Shown here: positions 55,834 to 64,000 of the stretch, piece after piece
Layout: each line of letters begins with the position of its first letter
Position numbering within the stretch: the stretch's first letter is position 1
Source of the DNA: an uncultured Desulfospira sp.
GTDB taxonomy: Bacteria > Desulfobacterota > Desulfobacteria > Desulfobacterales > Desulfobacteraceae
Direction of reading: 5' to 3'
DNA: 64,000 nt
NCBI GenBank assembly: GCA_963663165.1
Contig: OY760175.1
Location: forward strand, 4,448,001 to 4,512,000
Notes under the pieces: model-generated
Seen by the model: only the letters and a program-made list of their open reading frames with translations
Databases searched by the model: none
What the model was told of the DNA's origin: nothing
Program-made: the position numbers and the translations under genes

Positions 55834-56757
55834 TTATTTAATGACCTGCCGCAGGCGGGGCCGTTTGTGGAGAAGGGTCCCCACAACCCCCTTGGGCAGG
55901 AAAAGGATTAAAAAAACCACCATGATTCCCAAGGCCATCAGGTTCATCAAAGGGAAATGGCCCCAGATAAAATCATCCAGTTCGTACATGAACAAACTGC
56001 CGAACACGGGGCCGGTGATGGTGCCAAGGCCGCCGAACATGGCGTAGACAATGGATTTGGCTGTAAACATGGCGTTAAACGAGGTGTCCGGGTCCACAAT
56101 GGCGGTAAACCAGGTTTCGATGCCGCCGGCAAGGGAAGGGAACAAGGCCGCCAGACACCAGGCCTTAAGGCGGCTCATCTGCACGTTGATTCCCATGACC
56201 ATGGCGGCGGCCTCATCATCCCGGATGCAGCGCAGGGCAATCCCGAGCCTTGACCCGGACAGCCACAGAGAAACCCCCACGGTGACCACCATAAGCACCA
56301 GCATCAGGTAATATCCGGCCACAGGGTTGTAGGCCCCGGTCAGGGTGATGCCGAAACTGCCCCCGGTCCAGGATTCGGGCAGGTTGGACACCAGTATTCG
56401 CAGAATCATGGCCGAAGAAAAGTTGACAATGGCAAAATAGATGCCCTTAAGGCGCAGGGTGGGGGCAAACAGCAGGGCAAGGCCCACCCCCACCGCACCG
56501 GACATCAGGATCCCTAAGGGAACCGGCACCTGGAACCGGCTCCACAAAATGGCCGTGGTATAGGTTCCCACCCCGTAGAACATGACATACCCAAAGGGCA
56601 GGTATCCCACAAACCCGTATATAATGTTAAACGCACTTGCCACAACGACCCAGAACATCAGGTAGAAGAAATAGGGCTGGGACAGGGGCAGTACCGGTAT
56701 GGCGGCAAAAAACAAAACCGCTGCAACAACCATAATCCTTATTAGTCTGGTACCCAT
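55834..56757 (-). CDS. LivM-like ABC permease
   Basis: GFVGYLPFG, LRLKGIYFAI, IRDDEAAA, FGGLGTITGP, PKGVVG. Confidence 0.92.
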   Translation of the reverse strand: MGTRLIRIMVVAAVLFFAAIPVLPLSQPYFFYLMFWVVVASAFNIIYGFVGYLPFGYVMFYGVGTYTTAILWSRFQVPVPLGILMSGAVGVGLALLFAPTLRLKGIYFAIVNFSSAMILRILVSNLPESWTGGSFGITLTGAYNPVAGYYLMLVLMVVTVGVSLWLSGSRLGIALRCIRDDEAAAMVMGINVQMSRLKAWCLAALFPSLAGGIETWFTAIVDPDTSFNAMFTAKSIVYAMFGGLGTITGPVFGSLFMYELDDFIWGHFPLMNLMALGIMVVFLILFLPKGVVGTLLHKRPRLRQVIK

Positions 56758-56805
56758 TGTTAAACCATATTTGTTAAATGTTTGGAGGACCCGGTCTGAT
56801 TCGTC

Positions 56806-58128
56806 CTAAATATTGACATAAGTCTTAAGTTCCCAGGGATGGACCGTGGCGGCAAACTGCGCCACATCTTTGCGCTTTAACGCCAGATAAGTATCGGTGA
56901 ATGCCGGGCCAAAGGCCTTGCACAGCACCTCATCGGCCTCAAAGGCATCCAGGGCTTCTTTCAGGCCGGCCGGCAGGTTGCCGATGCCGTGGGCCTTTTT
57001 TTCTTCCGGCGTCAGGTCATAGATGTTCCCGTTGTAAGGTTCCGGGGGAGCCGCTTTTCTGCGCAGCCCGTCAAGGCCGGCCGAGAGAATGGCCCCAAAG
57101 GCCAGATAGGGGTTGCAGCTTGAATCGGGATTTCTTGTTTCCACCCGCCGTGCCTTGGGGTTGCCGTTGGGGATGCGCAAAAGGCTTGAGCGGTTGCCAA
57201 ACCCCCATGACACATAAACCGGGGCTTCCCAGCCCGGCACCAGCCGTTTATAAGAGTTGATGGTGGGGTTGGTGATTCCGGCAAGCCCCTGGGCATGGTC
57301 GATCAGGCCGGCGATGAAATGCCGGGCCGTATCGGACAGGAAATCCGGTTTGGCCTCATCGTAAAACAGGTTGCTTTTTTGGGCGGCATCCTGAAGGCTT
57401 AAATGGACATGCATGCCGCAGCCGTAAGTCCAGTCAAAGGGTTTGGCCATAAAACAGGCGGTCAGTCCCTTCTGGGCGGCCAGCTGTTTGACCACCTGCC
57501 GGTAGACCATGGTCATGTCGGCAACGGCCAGGGCATCGCTGTACTCAAATGTGATCTCATGTTTTCCCGGCGGGACCTCATGGTGGTTCTTCTCCGTGTT
57601 GATCCCCACGGAATCCAGGGCACGGCTGATGTCCTTGCGGAATTCACACCCCTGGTCATAGGGCGGGATCTCAAAATAGGATCCCCGGTCCGCCGGGATA
57701 TAGTTTCCGTTTTCGTCCTTGTCCAAAAGGAAAAATTCGATTTCCGGGGCGAGCATCAGCTCCCAGTCGGCGCCGAACTCTTCTTTCATCTGGGCGATCA
57801 TCCGTTTGAGCATGCCCCTGGGATCGGACTCAAAGGGGACGGTGCCGTCTCCTGAATAGACATCACAGATAAAGGATGCGGTTTTGTTTTCAGGCCGGCC
57901 CCAGGGCAGGACCCGGTAGGTTGAAAGGTCCGGAATCAGGCAAAGGTCACTTTGGTTGACGGGCACATATCCACAGGATGAACCGTCAAAGGCCAGGCCG
58001 TCTTTTAAAAGGGATTCAAGGTTTTTGGCAGGATTGATGAGCTGGCGGATGCTGCCGTTGATGGTGGTGAACTGGAAATTGATGAACTGGATCTCATCTT
58101 CTTTCAAACGCTTTATGGTTGCTTCCAT
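56806..58128 (-). CDS. Glutamine synthetase type I-alpha-like
   Basis: FDGSS, PEIEFF, HHEV, FMAKP...GCGMHVH, NSYKRLVPGWEAP, NRS, RVETR; AGGAG RBS before ATG 58128. Confidence 0.88.
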   Translation of the reverse strand: MEATIKRLKEDEIQFINFQFTTINGSIRQLINPAKNLESLLKDGLAFDGSSCGYVPVNQSDLCLIPDLSTYRVLPWGRPENKTASFICDVYSGDGTVPFESDPRGMLKRMIAQMKEEFGADWELMLAPEIEFFLLDKDENGNYIPADRGSYFEIPPYDQGCEFRKDISRALDSVGINTEKNHHEVPPGKHEITFEYSDALAVADMTMVYRQVVKQLAAQKGLTACFMAKPFDWTYGCGMHVHLSLQDAAQKSNLFYDEAKPDFLSDTARHFIAGLIDHAQGLAGITNPTINSYKRLVPGWEAPVYVSWGFGNRSSLLRIPNGNPKARRVETRNPDSSCNPYLAFGAILSAGLDGLRRKAAPPEPYNGNIYDLTPEEKKAHGIGNLPAGLKEALDAFEADEVLCKAFGPAFTDTYLALKRKDVAQFAATVHPWELKTYVNI

Positions 58129-58142
58129 GGTGGGTATTCTCC

Positions 58143-59411
58143 TTAATTTGGGTTGTCTAAAATCAATAACGCCTCTAAAAGACATTGGGCGCCTTTTACC
58201 AGTTGGTCGGTGGTTGTAAATTCTTCAGGGCAGTGGCTTAAGCCCCCTTTGCAGGGGATAAAGATCATGCCGGCTTTGGAGATGCTGCCCATGTGGGCGG
58301 CGTCGTGGCCGGCCATGCTGGCCTGGTTCATATAGGAAAGCCCCAATTTATCACAGGCCCGGGAGATGGCCCGGATCACCTGGGGATCAAACTTTGTGAT
58401 GGGCTTGTTGTAGTCAACACGGCGTTCAACAGCGACCCCTCTTTTTTTCTTGAGGTCTTTTACGCCGGTATTGATTTTGCTTTTTATGGTTTCAAGGCTG
58501 TCCGGGTAAAAGGTTCGAATTTCAAAATTGAGGCGGACCCGGCCGGGAATGATGTTGATGGCGTTGGGAAATACGTTCAAGGTCCCCACCGTGGCCACGG
58601 CCCGTCCGTCTTCTTCGGCTGCGGCGGATTCAACGGCAAGGACAAATTCGGCTGCCGCACACAGGGCGTCTTTTCTGTCGGCCATGGGGGTGGTGCCGCA
58701 GTGGCCGGCTTTTCCCTCAATGGTGACGGCTTCCCTGTATATGGCCGTCACCCCTTCCACAACGCCGATGTCTTTGTTTTCTCTTTCCAGAAAAGGCATC
58801 TGCTCGATGTGGAGCTCCACAAAGTGCTTGATCCGGTCCGGTCCGATCTTTGCGTCTTCAACGGATTCAAGATCAATTCCAATGGTTTTCACGGCATCGC
58901 CGATCAGGGTCCCCTTTGCGTCCTTAAGGGGCCTTAACATATCGGCGGTGGTCTTTCCGGTAACGATCTGGCTGCCGAAGGTGGATATGCCGAAGGTGTT
59001 GGGCTCTTCGGAGGTCATGACGCACAACTCAAATGGATGGCGGGTCTGGATGCCGGCAAGATCCAGTGCGCGAAAGGCCTCAAAGGCACAAAACACACCG
59101 GCAGGGCCGTCATATTTTCCGCCGTTTCGAACCGAGTCCAGATGAGAGCCGGCCATGATGACCGGAAGGTCGGGCCGGCTGCCCTGCCGCAAGGCAAACA
59201 GATTTCCGGCCGCATCCATGCGGACTTCAAGGTTGAGTTCCTTTTTGACCATGTCGCAGAACAGATCCCTTGCGGCTTTGTCCTCCTTGCTGAAGGCCAG
59301 GCGGGAAATTCCACCGGCCGGGTCTGCCCCGATCCGGGCAAAGGTTTCGATTAAATGTTCCATCCGGGAGTTTGAGAAAAACGACGCTGGGTTTTGATGG
59401 TTGGTGTTCAT
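58143..59411 (-). CDS. M20 Zn-amidohydrolase (N-carbamoyl-amino-acid hydrolase/allantoate amidohydrolase family)
   Basis: GSHLDSV.NGG.YDG, EEP, ELHIEQ, GHCGTTPM, AGHDA, SHCPEE. Confidence 0.9.
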   Translation of the reverse strand: MNTNHQNPASFFSNSRMEHLIETFARIGADPAGGISRLAFSKEDKAARDLFCDMVKKELNLEVRMDAAGNLFALRQGSRPDLPVIMAGSHLDSVRNGGKYDGPAGVFCAFEAFRALDLAGIQTRHPFELCVMTSEEPNTFGISTFGSQIVTGKTTADMLRPLKDAKGTLIGDAVKTIGIDLESVEDAKIGPDRIKHFVELHIEQMPFLERENKDIGVVEGVTAIYREAVTIEGKAGHCGTTPMADRKDALCAAAEFVLAVESAAAEEDGRAVATVGTLNVFPNAINIIPGRVRLNFEIRTFYPDSLETIKSKINTGVKDLKKKRGVAVERRVDYNKPITKFDPQVIRAISRACDKLGLSYMNQASMAGHDAAHMGSISKAGMIFIPCKGGLSHCPEEFTTTDQLVKGAQCLLEALLILDNPN

Positions 59412-59444
59412 ATATAAAATTTCAATGTTCCTTTAAACTGCGGG

Positions 59445-60299
59445 TCATAAAAATGTTCGGGTATCCCTTGCCAGGGTTTCGAAAGCCCGTGACAAGGCCT
59501 GGGACTCTTTGCTGTTTTTGCGGCCCACCTGGGTGACGATACTGTTAAAGAGGCAAAGCAGCGAACTGTAGGAGTCAAAAAGGGTGCTGAAGGTAATGGG
59601 GATTACGGTCAGTGTGGAGACCACCCGGCCCAGGGGGGAGTCGATTTTATCGCTGATGCCGATGGTGGTCATGCCGTTCTTTTTGCAATATGCCGCGATT
59701 TCAATGGTTTCCCTGGGGTAACGGGGAAAGGCCATGGGGATGACAAGGGTGTTGGGCGGTGCATTGAGCAGTTGGTCGTAGGCATCGGTGGAGCCGTTTA
59801 CCATGGGAAAGACTCCGGATTTTACCTTGGCCAGGAAATAGGCAAAGTACTGGGCTAAGGATGCCGTTCCCCGGGTGCCGATGATAAACACCTTGTCGCT
59901 GGTGCAAATCCGGTCCACCAGAAGATCAAACTCCTGCTGGGGAAATTCATTGGACAGCTGCTCCAAGGTCTGAATTTCCCGGGAGATGATGTCCAGAGCA
60001 GCGCTCTCCGGATCTTTACCGTTTTTAAGGCTCAGGTTCAGGCGGTCGGTGGAGGTCAGGTCTTCATTGAGGACCTTTCTGAAGGCTTCTACAAACAGGT
60101 TGTACTGGGGGAATCCTAAAAACTGGGCAAACCGGATGACCGTGGGCTGGCTGACCCCGGCCTTTTTGGCAAGCTCGGTGGCCGTTAAAAACCCCATGTC
60201 CTTATAATTTTCGATAAGGTAAGCCGCAACCTTAAGCTGCTGCTTTGAGAACTCTCCCCGTTTTTCCTTGATGTATTGAATGATGTTGCCGGCTGCCAT
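59445..60299 (-). CDS. RpiR/MurR family transcriptional regulator
   Basis: ELAKKAGVSQPTVIRFAQFLGF HTH plus SIS domain (FPRYPRET). Confidence 0.93.
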   Translation of the reverse strand: MAAGNIIQYIKEKRGEFSKQQLKVAAYLIENYKDMGFLTATELAKKAGVSQPTVIRFAQFLGFPQYNLFVEAFRKVLNEDLTSTDRLNLSLKNGKDPESAALDIISREIQTLEQLSNEFPQQEFDLLVDRICTSDKVFIIGTRGTASLAQYFAYFLAKVKSGVFPMVNGSTDAYDQLLNAPPNTLVIPMAFPRYPRETIEIAAYCKKNGMTTIGISDKIDSPLGRVVSTLTVIPITFSTLFDSYSSLLCLFNSIVTQVGRKNSKESQALSRAFETLARDTRTFL

Positions 60300-60318
60300 G
60301 CTACCTTCTCTGTTTGAA

Positions 60319-60359
60319 GAATATTATTCTTTATTTTCTTTTTTTGATGAATACTATTC
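60319..60359. promoter_or_regulatory. Tandem palindromic operator candidates for the RpiR regulator
   Basis: GAATA-T-TATTC (60319-60329) and GAATA-C-TATTC (60349-60359), 30 bp apart, just downstream of a minus-strand TTGACG at 60376. Confidence 0.6.
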
Positions 60360-60700
60360 TTCAAAGTCGGCGTCAAGTGATAAATTCATTTTTTTTAATT
60401 TATTTTAGTTGCAATATTGTATATTTATATAATTAGAAAGGTGGTCATTATTGTAGTTTTTTGCAGAAGGCTTGTTTTTTATCATTTATTAATGTGTTTG
60501 CGGCCTGTATTGCCGGCACAAGCTATGGGACGTCCTGTCGGGCAGCTTATCCATTAAGCAGGCTTTGCCGACCATGGTGCGATCTTTAGAACAAGATCAT
60601 TCTCATTTGAGTTGATAATTTAATCAAATTGTTATAGAGTTTGGGCGGCATAAATGTCACGGCCCGCCTTGGATTCAACTTCCTTGCCAGGACCGGAAAC

Positions 60701-60775
60701 GATTAGCCTTTAGCTTTTGGTTTGCAGCGGTCAGTTAAAAGCTAACGGCTAATGGCTAACGGCTAACAGCTAACA
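60701..60775. repeat. Family A heptamer inverted repeat upstream of dnaN
   Basis: gattagcctttagcttt...gttaaaagctaacggctaatggctaacggctaacagctaaca. Confidence 0.85.
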
Positions 60776-60799
60776 CAACATTGCGGATAAGGACAAAGA

Positions 60800-64000
<3,201 letters not shown>

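Noticed and set aside
56806..58128. PuuA-type gamma-glutamylpolyamine synthetase tied to the polyamine genes
   Set aside because: Retains FDGSS and the flap Glu of ammonia-using GS and sits in a separate operon; not excluded, but unsupported
3366..60775. Repeat clusters as CRISPR arrays
   Set aside because: Units are 7-9 nt tandem or inverted repeats with no unique spacers of regular length, and there are no cas genes
60380..60790. oriC
   Set aside because: AT-rich, but only two imperfect DnaA-box-like sites and no dnaA; not enough to call

Overview
64 kb of a sulfate-reducing Desulfobacterota chromosome, probably Desulfobacteraceae (inferred from gene content and intergenic repeat style). 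From left to right: (1) a partly decayed metal-chelate uptake locus (ECF T and A-A' components, two methyltransferases, PchR/YbtA-like AraC); (2) a cobalamin-riboswitch-controlled operon encoding an atypical TrpD-like phosphoribosyltransferase, a 67-aa protein and a Zn-dehydrogenase-CobT fusion; (3) rhomboid, panB, panG-like; (4) periplasmic [NiFe] hydrogenase operon; (5) housekeeping and envelope genes (M16C peptidase, rsmA, dapL, one-Cys DksA, VWA-OmpA, hybrid kinase, uppP, PMM/PGM, UvrD/Rep helicase, VPLPA-CTERM protein, MFS, hydrolase); (6) TonB-dependent receptor plus methyltransferase behind a leader hairpin, and yefM-yoeB; (7) carboxyspermidine-route polyamine operon (speA, CASDH, nspC, speB); (8) a sigma54-driven small ORF whose 3' region carries CCUCC-rich stem-loops; (9) an XpaC-like/TelA/DUF4178/lipoprotein/DUF350/membrane-SpeE operon; (10) an RpiR, M20 amidohydrolase, GS, LIV-type ABC (frameshifted binding protein) and MmgE/PrpD cluster; (11) dnaN-gyrB without adjacent dnaA or recF. 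Several families of short-unit palindromic repeats occupy intergenic spaces, one of them inside the riboswitch. No CRISPR, rRNA, tRNA or transposase was seen. All family assignments come from motif recognition by eye, not database searches.
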